Counted from the stretch's first letter, positions 10,243-18,787 are shown. The stretch: 64,000 nucleotides of DNA from Candidatus Hydrogenedentota bacterium (GCA_963674865.2 CAXXYE010000003.1:64001-128000); one strand, 5' to 3'. Numbers and translations: made by a program. Notes: generated by a model from the letters alone, not told the origin.

Positions 10243-10913
10243 TTGTTGCGGAACGAAAACCGTTCGATGAGGTGTATGACTTCGCCCGGCGCCACGCGAA
10301 GGTGCTGGTGCTCGGATGCGGCACGTGCGTCACCGTGTGCATGGCCGGCGGCGAGAAGGAGGTCGGCATCCTCGCCAACCAGATTCGCCTGGCCGCCCGC
10401 GAGCGCCACGACACGATTGAGGTCGCCGAGCACACCATCGAGCGCCAGTGCGATCGCGAGTTCTTCGACGAGGCCGTCAGCCGGAAGATACACGAGGCCG
10501 ACGCCGTCATCTCGATGGGCTGCGGCGTCGGCGTGCAATACTGCGTCGAGTGTTTCACCGAGGCCATCGTTTATCCCGCGTTGAACACGAAGTTCTTCGG
10601 GGCGACCATCGAGCAAGGCGAATGGGCTGAGCGCTGCGGAGGCTGCGGCGAATGCCGGCTCGACCTGTTCGGCGGCGTGTGCCCCGTGGCGCGGTGCTCC
10701 AAGCACTTGCTCAACGGGCCCTGCGGCGGGTCGTCCGATGGGAAATGCGAAGTGGATCCGGAGAACACCGATTGCGCCTGGCAGTTGATCTACGATCGCA
10801 TGGAGAGGCTCGGCCGCTTGGAGGAACTCGAGGATGTTATTCCCGCGAAAGACTGGCGTTCCGATCGGGACGGCGGGCCGCGGAAAGTGACTAGGGAAGA
10901 CGTGAAACTGTGA
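10239..10913 (+). CDS. metV: Methylenetetrahydrofolate reductase Fe-S subunit MetV
   Basis: MIVAERKP start (ATGA overlap with mvhD), GCGTCVTVC, RQCD, CGGCGEC and CPVARCSKHLLNGPCGGS; directly upstream of metF. Confidence 0.9.
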   Translation: MIVAERKPFDEVYDFARRHAKVLVLGCGTCVTVCMAGGEKEVGILANQIRLAARERHDTIEVAEHTIERQCDREFFDEAVSRKIHEADAVISMGCGVGVQYCVECFTEAIVYPALNTKFFGATIEQGEWAERCGGCGECRLDLFGGVCPVARCSKHLLNGPCGGSSDGKCEVDPENTDCAWQLIYDRMERLGRLEELEDVIPAKDWRSDRDGGPRKVTREDVKL

Positions 10914-11866
10914 GCGAAGAAGCACTGAAATCGGGCAGCCGCCTTGAAAAAGTCCTGACATCCGGCCAATTCGCCGTCACCGCCGAACTCGGGCCGCCGA
11001 AGAGCGCCGATGTCGAGGCGATCAAGCAGAAGGCCGGCTATCTCAACGGCGTCGTGGATGCTGTCAACATCACCGACAACCAGACGGCCATCGTGCGCAT
11101 GTCGTCCATTGGCGCGGGCGTCTTGGCGAGAGAGGCAGGCCTCGAGCCCGTGGTGCAGGTGACGTGCCGCGATCGGAACCGCCTGGCCATTCAGAGCGAC
11201 CTCCTGGGGGCCTACGCATTGGGCATTCGCAATGTGCTGTGCCTCACGGGCGACCACCAATGCTTCGGCAATCATCCCGCGTCGAGGAATGTGTTCGACG
11301 TCGACTCCATCCAGCTCATCCAGATGCTCAAGGATATGCGCGACGACAAGGTGTTTGCCTCCGGTGAGGAGATACGGAACACGAAGAAGGCGCCCATCGT
11401 CGAGCCGCGCTTCTTCATCGGGGCAGCCGCCAATCCCTTCGGCGATCCGTTTGCTTTCCGCGTCATCCGGCTTGCCAAAAAGGTGAAAGCCGGCGTCGAT
11501 TTCATCCAGACGCAGTGCATCTACGACATGGATCGCTTCAAGCAATGGATGGAGGCCGTCCGCAATCGAGGGCTGCACGATGAGGTCTTTATCCTTGCCG
11601 GAGTCACGCCGCTGAAATCCGTCCGGATGGCTGAGTACATGCGCGACAACGTCGCGGGATTGACGGTGCCCGAGCACCTCATCGAGCGCCTGGCCAAGGC
11701 CGAGGTCCCGCGCGATGAGGGAGAGAAGATCGCCGTCGAGCAGATGCAGGAACTGCGCGAGATGCCCGGCATCAGCGGCATCCACATCATGGCCATCGAG
11801 GCCGAAAAGAGCGTCGCCGGGCTCGTCGAGAAAGCCGGCCTGCTTCCCCGGCCCCAAGTCGCGTAG
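10910..11866 (+). CDS. metF: 5,10-methylenetetrahydrofolate reductase
   Basis: VTAELGPP, NITDNQ, TCRDRNRLAIQSDLLGA, LTGDH, KKVKAGVDFIQTQ and GIHIM motifs; GTGA overlap with metV. Confidence 0.95.
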   Translation: MSEEALKSGSRLEKVLTSGQFAVTAELGPPKSADVEAIKQKAGYLNGVVDAVNITDNQTAIVRMSSIGAGVLAREAGLEPVVQVTCRDRNRLAIQSDLLGAYALGIRNVLCLTGDHQCFGNHPASRNVFDVDSIQLIQMLKDMRDDKVFASGEEIRNTKKAPIVEPRFFIGAAANPFGDPFAFRVIRLAKKVKAGVDFIQTQCIYDMDRFKQWMEAVRNRGLHDEVFILAGVTPLKSVRMAEYMRDNVAGLTVPEHLIERLAKAEVPRDEGEKIAVEQMQELREMPGISGIHIMAIEAEKSVAGLVEKAGLLPRPQVA

Positions 11867-11936
11867 CGAAAGCCGCAAGTGGCGTCGCCGTCGCATCGCC
11901 GCGGATGCGGCAGATCTCAAAGCAAGGAGAAGGCGG

Positions 11937-14660
11937 ATGCTTACAAGTGCTTCCTATGCGGGCGTCATGTTCGGCGTGCTCCTGGCCGCCTTCGTGAGCG
12001 CAGCGGCGGACGACGCCTTCCCCGGCGTCGAATGGGAACAACGCGAGCCGGGCGCGCTCGGCCTCGACGGCGCTGAGTTGGACGAGGTGGCGGCACGCCT
12101 AGGAGGCCGCGGCTGCGTCATCAAGGACGGCTACATCGTCAAGTCCTGGGGCGACCTCGCTCAGTCCGGCGACTGGCTGTCATCCGCCAAACCTGTCTTG
12201 AGCACCATCCTCTTCTTCGCCATCGAAGAGGACCTCGTTAAGAGCGTCGATCAGCCCATCGCGGAATTCGGCTGGGATTTCCGCCCCAAGGACAAGGGCA
12301 TCACCTTCCGCCACCTCGGCGCCATGAGCAGCGGCTATGCGCGCCCCGAGGGCCCCGGCGAGGCGTGGGCCTACAACGACTTCGCCATCCAGCTCTATCA
12401 GAGGACCCTCTTCGACAAGGTGTTCAAAGGCGACGCGAAGGAGATCGCCGAAGCGCCCGAACGCCTCGGCGCCCTCGGCTTGCAGGATGGACTCCGATTC
12501 AACGGCAAACGCCGCATCTACGCCTCCGTCCGCGATTTCGCCCGCATCGTCTGGTTCTGGCTCAACCGAGGCAACTGGAATGGCCGTCAGGTGCTGCCCT
12601 CGCGCTATTTCAACGAGTACATGCGCCCGCAAACGCCCAAGGACCTGCCGCAAACCGCCAAGGCCGAGACGGATGACTACCTCGGCATCGGCTCCTACGG
12701 CGGCGGCTCGGACCACTTCAGCGTCGCCGGGCCGGGCATCTACGGCTTCAACTGGTGGTTCAACGACACCGGCCGGCTCCATCCCCACGCGCTGACGTGG
12801 CCCGATGCGCCGCCGGACACCATCATGAGCCTCGGCGCGGGCGGCAATTCCAGCGCCTTCATCCCCAGCCTGAACGTGGCCCTCGTGTGCGCCCAAGGCG
12901 ACTGGGGGAATGTGCGCGGTGGCGAGCGCGACGCTGAGATGAACCGCGTCCTTGGACTCCTGGCGGAGGCGTGTGGATACACGCCCGAACCTGTCCTCAT
13001 CACCGGCGAACGGCGGCAATGGCGCCCCATCACGCTTTCCTTCCGGGGAGACGATCTCGCCGAAACCGGCGAACCGAACCCCTTCACGGACTATCGCCTG
13101 AACGTCGCCTTCTCCAAAGGCGGCCGCACCCTCGTAGTGCCCGGCTTCTACGCCGCGGACGGAAACGCCCTGGAATCGGGCGGCGAGGCCGGCCCCGTGT
13201 GGCGCGTCCACTTCGCCCCGGATGAGGAAGGTGTCTGGGAGTATCGCGTGTCGTGCCGGACGGGCCCGGGCATCGCCACCGCTTCCGAACGAGACGCCGG
13301 CCAACCTACGGCGTTCGACGGCCTCTCGGGAAGAATCGAGATCGGCCCCGCCGACCCCGCCGCGCCCGGCTTCATCGCCACGGCCACGCTCCGCCACACG
13401 GGCGGGCGCTACCTGCAATTCGCCGGGACGAAGGAGTACTTCATTAAAGGCGGCGTGGACAGCCCGGAGAACGTGCTCGCCTTCGCGGACTTCGACGGCA
13501 CCGTGCCCACCCACAAGTACGAGCCCCACGCCGGGGACTGGCGCTTCGGCGACCCCGTGTGGCACGGCGACAAGGGGAAGAACCTGATCGGAGCGCTGAA
13601 TTACCTCGCCGGCAAGGGCATCAACTCGGTGTATTCACTGACGATGAACGTCGGGGGCGACGGCAAAGACACCTGGCCCTGGATAAGCGACACGGAACAC
13701 CTTCGCTTCGATTGCAGCAAGCTGGATCAATGGGATGTCGTCTTCCGCCACATGGATCGCCTCGGCCTGATGCTCCACGTCGTCACGCAGGAGCAGGAGA
13801 ACGACCAACTGCTCGACGGCGGCGAACTCGGGCCGGAGCGCAGGCTCTACTACCGCGAGTTGATCGCCCGCTTCGCCCATCATCCGGCACTGGTGTGGAA
13901 TCTCGGCGAGGAAAACACGAACACGCCCGAGCAGCGCCGCGCCTTCGCCGCGTACATCCGCGCCCTCGACCCCTACGACCACCCCATCGTCATCCACACC
14001 TTCCCCAGCCAACGCGACGAGGTGTACACGGACCTCCTTGGCTTCGCCGACTTGGACGGCCCCTCCCTGCAATTGGCCGATATGCGGGAAACGCACCGAG
14101 AGACGCTGAAGTGGGTGCAACGCTCACGCGAGGCCGGCCGGCCATGGTGCGTCTGCCTCGACGAGATCGGCCCTCCGAGCGTGGGCGTCAAGTCCGATGC
14201 CGAAGACCCCGACCACGACGACGTGCGGCGCTACGCCCTCTGGGGCAATCTCATGGCCGGGGGCGGCGGCTGCGAATGGTTCTTCCAGAGCGACAACCAC
14301 TGTGAAGACTGGCGCGCCCGCGACCGCATGTGGGATCTGACGCGCTACGCCCGTGCCTTCTTCCAGCAATATCTTCCCTTCCACGAGATGGTGCCCGCCG
14401 ACGAACTGGTGTCGGGCGAAGGCGCGTGGTGCCTTGCCAAGCCCGGCGAGGTGTACGCCGTCTACACGCCGAATGCGGCGGAACTGCGCCTGGAAGTCCC
14501 CGAAGGCACATATGACGTGGCCTGGTACGATCCGCGGCACGGCGGGGCCTTGGCCCAAGGCAAGCCGATCACCGGCCCCGGCCGCATCGCCCTCGGCCCG
14601 CCACCCAGCGACCCCGACAAAGACTGGGCCGTCCTAATCCGCCGAGCGGCCAGGCATTAG
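11937..14660 (+). CDS. Secreted fusion protein: beta-lactamase-like serine hydrolase + DUF5060/glycoside-hydrolase-like barrel + C-terminal beta-sandwich
   Basis: Signal-peptide-like N-terminus after AAGGAG; SSAK (SxxK), PGEAWAYND and YGFNWW; second half has NPFTDYRL, GFYAADG, WRVHFAPD, WNLGEEN, WGNLMAGG and WYDPRHG. Confidence 0.75.
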   Translation: MLTSASYAGVMFGVLLAAFVSAAADDAFPGVEWEQREPGALGLDGAELDEVAARLGGRGCVIKDGYIVKSWGDLAQSGDWLSSAKPVLSTILFFAIEEDLVKSVDQPIAEFGWDFRPKDKGITFRHLGAMSSGYARPEGPGEAWAYNDFAIQLYQRTLFDKVFKGDAKEIAEAPERLGALGLQDGLRFNGKRRIYASVRDFARIVWFWLNRGNWNGRQVLPSRYFNEYMRPQTPKDLPQTAKAETDDYLGIGSYGGGSDHFSVAGPGIYGFNWWFNDTGRLHPHALTWPDAPPDTIMSLGAGGNSSAFIPSLNVALVCAQGDWGNVRGGERDAEMNRVLGLLAEACGYTPEPVLITGERRQWRPITLSFRGDDLAETGEPNPFTDYRLNVAFSKGGRTLVVPGFYAADGNALESGGEAGPVWRVHFAPDEEGVWEYRVSCRTGPGIATASERDAGQPTAFDGLSGRIEIGPADPAAPGFIATATLRHTGGRYLQFAGTKEYFIKGGVDSPENVLAFADFDGTVPTHKYEPHAGDWRFGDPVWHGDKGKNLIGALNYLAGKGINSVYSLTMNVGGDGKDTWPWISDTEHLRFDCSKLDQWDVVFRHMDRLGLMLHVVTQEQENDQLLDGGELGPERRLYYRELIARFAHHPALVWNLGEENTNTPEQRRAFAAYIRALDPYDHPIVIHTFPSQRDEVYTDLLGFADLDGPSLQLADMRETHRETLKWVQRSREAGRPWCVCLDEIGPPSVGVKSDAEDPDHDDVRRYALWGNLMAGGGGCEWFFQSDNHCEDWRARDRMWDLTRYARAFFQQYLPFHEMVPADELVSGEGAWCLAKPGEVYAVYTPNAAELRLEVPEGTYDVAWYDPRHGGALAQGKPITGPGRIALGPPPSDPDKDWAVLIRRAARH

Positions 14661-14677
14661 CGTCGCGACTCAGGACA

Positions 14678-14904
14678 AGCGCCAAGAAGAAGCGAAAAAC
14701 GGGGACTGATGCAAGCGGAGTCCGCCTCGGGCGGACGAAGACGTGTCTGTCCCTGCTTTTCACGCTTTTCAGGTGTCAAACGCGAACGTCATGCCCGCGA
14801 AAGCACAGCAAAAAAGGGACTGACGCATGCGAGTCCGCCCGCAGCGGGCGAGACGTGTCTGTCCCTGCTTTTCCAGGCGGACGCAGACGTGTCTGTCCCT
14901 TTTC
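14678..14904. repeat. REP-like palindromic repeat cluster (two full copies and one partial)
   Basis: Identical AGACGTGTCTGTCCCTGCTTTTC at 14739-14761 and 14851-14873, partial copy at 14885-14904; each full copy is preceded by the inverted arm GGGACTGA. Confidence 0.8.
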
Positions 14905-14910
14905 TTGCGC

Positions 14911-15113
14911 ATCCTTGTCATCCCGTCTAAGTCTTGCCGTTTTCTACGCTGCTCAGTCCTGTTATCCCGTCCAAATCTTCGGCGGGCCATGCCCTGCCGT
15001 CTTGGCTATCTATCCAATCCTGTTATCCCGTCCAAGTCTTGCCGTTTCTTGCGCAATCCTGTCATCCCGTCTAAATCTCCCCGTTTTCCACTCAATCCTG
15101 TCATCCCGTCAAA
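14911..15113 (+). repeat. Five-copy tandem repeat with core TCCTGT(C/T)ATCCCGTC
   Basis: Copies near 14911, 14955, 15016, 15055 and 15094; the last three have a 39-nt period; linkers resemble each other. Confidence 0.85.
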
Positions 15114-15164
15114 GAACCTCACTACACGCCCACCGGGCAACACCCCCCGTGTCGACACAACCAC

Positions 15165-15193
15165 TTGCCCCCGTGCCATGTCTGCGCTATACT
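15165..15193 (+). promoter_or_regulatory. Possible sigma70 promoter upstream of the cassette-like region
   Basis: TTGCCC, 17 nt spacer, TATACT. Confidence 0.4.
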
Positions 15194-15329
15194 CTCCTGC
15201 CATCGGAATGGGGAGGAAGAGGGGACATGTTCAAAGCGCCGTCTTCGGCGCGACTACCTGTCACCTTTTCGGGCCATCCTTTGAACCGGGGCGGCAAGGG
15301 CCTCAGGAGCCCCGTGGATGATCGGTAGA

Positions 15330-15498
15330 GGGGAGAACGAAGGAGCAGTACACAAAGGCCATACATCCCCTGAGGCCATTGCCGGACATGGCTTAATATA
15401 TTGCAAATACAGGCTTTAGGCCAGCGTTTCCGGAGGAGCTTTATGCCGCTTTCGCCCGGCCCGAAGACGGGTCGCGCATCACTTGGCAGCCATTGGGG
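15330..15498 (+). repeat. Long diverged direct repeat, copy 1 (degenerate long attC-like element)
   Basis: Shares GGGGAGAACGAAGG, AGTACA, CCATTGC, CTTAAT, AAATA-AGGCTTT-GGCCAG and TATGCCGC collinearly with 16779-16939; ends at ATTGGGG just before the RBS of the nuclease gene. Confidence 0.65.
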
Positions 15499-15507
15499 GA
15501 GGTACGA

Positions 15508-16539
15508 ATGAGGAGCCTGCGAACTATTGCTAACGAGGTCAATCGCGCGGCGAGCGCCTACCGCATGGGTGAGTTCCAGCTCATTCGCCAGCGCATCCAT
15601 GGACTTTCCCGGTCGAAGACGCGACAGATATTCACGGCTCAGACAATAAGGGACACATATGCATTTCACTCCGGCGGCCGGAAAGAGATCCAGTTCAATA
15701 TCGGTTTCGAGGGTGACGCCAAGGAGTATCTGCGATACGGGCTGGCGTTCTCGCTGGAACCAAGCCGGACGCTCCCTGAGCCACTGATGCTCAAGCCGAA
15801 GATCCTGAGGCTGAATGAATACATCAGCACGAACTCGTCGGAACTCGATGATCTGCGATTTTGGTACTACTTCAACGAGGACAGAAGCCCCTCCCGTCCC
15901 GTGACTCCGATTGCTGAGGCGCTGATCCGCAAGCGCACGTTCCTGTTCTTAGGAAAGATGTCGCCACGCGAGACGGTGCAGTCCCAGGAGATTCTGTTCC
16001 TGTTCGATCGCCTACTCTCAGCATATGAGTACGTGGAAGGCAACACGCCCCTACCGAAAACGCGGACAGATCTGCGCAAGGGACTTCAGTTCAAACCAGG
16101 TTGCTCCGAGAAAGCGCCTGCGTCAGTGCGTCATCCCGGCACCATGACGAAGTCTGTTACGCTTCGGCACACTGAGCTTGAGAAGGCCGTCTACACTATT
16201 CTCTTGCAGCGCCATGGAGAGGAGAACGTCGGGACGGAGAATGACACAGGCCGGGGCTCGCGAGTGGACTTGGTTGTGCGGGATGGCAAGCAACACATCT
16301 ACTATGAGATCAAGACAAGTCCAGACATCAGGACCTGCCTGCGCGAGGCAATTTCGCAGCTTCTAGAGTACTCGTATTGGCCCGGCGGCAACGAGGCCAC
16401 CGCTCTGGTCGTTGTGTCGGAGAATCCCATGACACACGACGCACGGAGATATCTGGCCACACTCAGGAATCGCTTCAATATCCCGATCTACTACCGGTAT
16501 CTCGAGATGGGATCAGGCACACTTGGGAAGCATGAATAG
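15508..16539 (+). CDS. Uncharacterised protein with C-terminal PD-(D/E)XK nuclease-like domain
   Basis: RVDLVV-x8-YEIKT followed by LREAISQLLEY; GGAGG RBS before ATG 15508; looks less GC-biased than the flanking genes. Confidence 0.75.
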   Translation: MRSLRTIANEVNRAASAYRMGEFQLIRQRIHGLSRSKTRQIFTAQTIRDTYAFHSGGRKEIQFNIGFEGDAKEYLRYGLAFSLEPSRTLPEPLMLKPKILRLNEYISTNSSELDDLRFWYYFNEDRSPSRPVTPIAEALIRKRTFLFLGKMSPRETVQSQEILFLFDRLLSAYEYVEGNTPLPKTRTDLRKGLQFKPGCSEKAPASVRHPGTMTKSVTLRHTELEKAVYTILLQRHGEENVGTENDTGRGSRVDLVVRDGKQHIYYEIKTSPDIRTCLREAISQLLEYSYWPGGNEATALVVVSENPMTHDARRYLATLRNRFNIPIYYRYLEMGSGTLGKHE

Positions 16540-16545
16540 GGACAG

Positions 16546-16619
16546 CCCCAACATCGACCTTCAGGCCAGAAGGCCAGCGCGGATCGGGGCCATTCTTGCG
16601 CTGAGGTCAGGCATTGTAT
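16546..16619 (+). mobile_element. attC-like integron cassette recombination site (degenerate R' box)
   Basis: CCCCAAC, 5 nt, CCTTCAGG ... GCTGAGG, TCAGGC, ATTGTAT: canonical attC spacing, L boxes pair with one extra base, site begins 7 nt after the stop codon; R' reads ATT rather than GTT. Confidence 0.5.
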
Positions 16620-16778
16620 CGTGCTGAAAGGAAGCGTCCCAACTAAGAAACACTATCCGCTTTGCGGCCTGGACTACTATGGCGGGACTCAGGACTTCAG
16701 GTGGTACTCACAGATGGTGATTCCTGTGGGCCAATCGGTGGCGCAAGGGTGTCAAGAACCCCGAGAACTATCTGCAAC

Positions 16779-16939
16779 GGGGAGAACGAAGGGCCACTAG
16801 TACAGACGCCGTCTGTCTGTCTGTGTCCATTGCACAGCATGACTTAATGCTCTGTAAATAAAGGCTTTGGGCCAGTCTTGCCGAAGGGGTCATATGCCGC
16901 AATCGCGCGCATCGAGCGGGCGTCCTCCGTCCGTTGAGC
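16779..16939 (+). repeat. Long diverged direct repeat, copy 2 (long attC-like element)
   Basis: Homologous to 15330-15498; starts with ..GAGAAC and ends in GTTGAGC (GTTRRRY) 50 nt upstream of the restriction gene. Confidence 0.65.
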
Positions 16940-16989
16940 CGCCGCCGGGCCGTTCCCCTATTGAAGAGAAGAAGGGAATCTGATACATC

Positions 16990-17727
16990 ATGTCCATGGA
17001 ACCTGAGAGCATACTCCACGATCTGACCCGTCGCACAGGCCAGGCCGTTGCACACTACTGGAGGACGCGAACCGGACAGCAAGACCGGCAACGCCAGACA
17101 GGCAAGGCTGACCAGGGATTGCGCAGCGCCGTAACCGGCGGCGCTCAGATGGATGGTTTCATCGACCTCTTCACGGAACTCATCGTAGCGACTGGGATTC
17201 CCGAGCGTTGCGTCTTCCGGAAGAAGGCCGTTGAATTGCCGGGATTCTTCCGTCCCACCAAGGAATGGGACCTGCTCGTCGTACGGGAGAAGACGCTGCT
17301 GGTTGCCATCGAGGCGAAGTCTCAGGGCGGGCCGTCGTTCGGGAACAACTTCAACAACCGAACCGAAGAGGCGATGGGAAGCGCCCTCGACTTATGGACT
17401 GCCTATCGGGAGCGCGCATACCTTGATAGCCCCCAGCCCTTTCTCGGCTACTTCTTCATGCTGGAGGATTGCCCCTTGTCCAACCGCCCCGTCAAGGTCA
17501 GGGAGCCGCATTTTCAGGTCTTCCCCGAATTCCTTGGCGCATCATACATGCGGCGGTACGAGGTATTCTGCCGCAAGCTCGTGCTGGAACGTCACTACAC
17601 TGCGGCAGCGTTTGTCTCATCCACGGCAACCGACGGCATCCAGGGACATTTCGCGACGCCGGCGGAGGACCTGTCCGTCGAGCGTTTCGCCAAGACCCTC
17701 GCGGCGCACGTGGCCGCCTTTGCCTAG
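16990..17727 (+). CDS. Type II restriction endonuclease, XhoI/PaeR7I family
   Basis: RSAVTGGAQMDGF, LPGFFRPTKEWDLLV and IEAKSQGGPSFGNNFNNRTEEA motifs, recognised as typical of this family. Confidence 0.88.
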   Translation: MSMEPESILHDLTRRTGQAVAHYWRTRTGQQDRQRQTGKADQGLRSAVTGGAQMDGFIDLFTELIVATGIPERCVFRKKAVELPGFFRPTKEWDLLVVREKTLLVAIEAKSQGGPSFGNNFNNRTEEAMGSALDLWTAYRERAYLDSPQPFLGYFFMLEDCPLSNRPVKVREPHFQVFPEFLGASYMRRYEVFCRKLVLERHYTAAAFVSSTATDGIQGHFATPAEDLSVERFAKTLAAHVAAFA

Positions 17728-17731
17728 AGCC

Positions 17732-18640
17732 ATGGAGACCACCGTTCATAGACTCATTAACGGGGATGCCAGAGAGCTTGCATTCCTCGATGACGCGTCC
17801 GTTCATCTCGTGGTGACGTCCCCTCCCTACTGGAACCTGAAACGCTATAACGAGAATCCAGACCAGTTGGGACACATACAGGACTATGAGGCCTTTCTGT
17901 TCGAGTTGGAAAAGGTGTGGCGGCATGTCTACCGCATACTCGTTCCCGGCGGAAGACTTGTTTGCGTGGTTGGGGATGTCTGCGTCGCCCGGCGGAAGTT
18001 CGGCCGCCATCTCGTCTTTCCTCTCCATGCCGACATCTGCGTTGTCTGTCGACGGATCGGATTCGACAATCTCAATCCGATCATCTGGCACAAGATCGCC
18101 AACGCCTCCTATGAGGTCGAGAACGGTTCGAAGTTTCTTGGGAAGCCCTATGAACCAAATGCCATCATCAAGAATGACATGGAGTTCATCTTGATGCAGC
18201 GGAAACCGGGAGGCTATCGGAAACCCACGAACGAGCAACGCGAAGCAAGCAGAATCGAAAAGGAGACATTTGATCGCTGGTTTCAGCAGATCTGGAACAT
18301 AACCGGGGCCTCCACCAAGAAGCACCCGGCCCCGTATCCTCTGGAGTTGGCGACGCGCCTTGTCCGGATGTTCTCCTTCACGGATGACACGGTTCTCGAT
18401 CCCTTCTGTGGCTCCGGCACCACCATGGTTGCCGCCTTGCGAAACGGGCGCAACAGCATCGGGATCGAGATCGATCCCGACTACTGCCACATGGCCGCCC
18501 GCTACCTGAAGGCGGAAACGGCGGATCTTTTCTCGACAGCGGAACTTCGCTTTGAGAAGGCGCCCACCGAGACAACTGCCATGGTGCGAGAAGACAAAGC
18601 ACTGTACGAAGTACGGCCCGCCAAGAAGAAGCTCGAATAG
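17732..18640 (+). CDS. Beta-class amino DNA methyltransferase (probably N4-cytosine)
   Basis: Motif IV VTSPPY precedes HPAPYP and motif I VLDPFCGSGTT; ATG 17732 lies 4 nt after the endonuclease stop. Confidence 0.92.
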   Translation: METTVHRLINGDARELAFLDDASVHLVVTSPPYWNLKRYNENPDQLGHIQDYEAFLFELEKVWRHVYRILVPGGRLVCVVGDVCVARRKFGRHLVFPLHADICVVCRRIGFDNLNPIIWHKIANASYEVENGSKFLGKPYEPNAIIKNDMEFILMQRKPGGYRKPTNEQREASRIEKETFDRWFQQIWNITGASTKKHPAPYPLELATRLVRMFSFTDDTVLDPFCGSGTTMVAALRNGRNSIGIEIDPDYCHMAARYLKAETADLFSTAELRFEKAPTETTAMVREDKALYEVRPAKKKLE

Positions 18641-18787
18641 GCAAGCCATCCTGCATCGCCTTGCCACGCGGAATTCTCCCTCATGAAGGCCCGCACGCCG
18701 TGGCGTGGTACAATCCACGGCATGGCGGGGCGTTGGCCCAAGGCGAGGCGCGCGCGCCTCTTGGCACAGTGAAGGCAGGGATGAGTC

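Noticed and set aside
1990..11866. Complete Wood-Ljungdahl pathway or methanogenesis
   Set aside because: No acs/CODH, folD or mcr in the window; Hdr-like genes are widespread in bacteria.
2395..13565. Long antisense ORFs (e.g. 2395-3822, 5156-6298, 8558-9793, 12180-13565)
   Set aside because: Shadow frames of GC-rich genes, with no recognisable motifs.
14911..15113. CRISPR array
   Set aside because: Repeats are short and variable, the linkers resemble each other and vary widely in length, and no cas genes are in the window.
14827..15328. ORFs across the repeat region
   Set aside because: They are translations of the DNA repeats, with no RBS or domain support.
17231..17731. 167-codon N-terminal extension of the methyltransferase overlapping the endonuclease
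   Set aside because: It lies in an alternate frame of a well-supported gene; methyltransferase-like sequence starts at ATG 17732.
18641..18666. attC site after the methyltransferase
   Set aside because: Only a short GGCAAG/CTTGCC hairpin, with no proper AAC/GTT boxes; more like a terminator-type stem.
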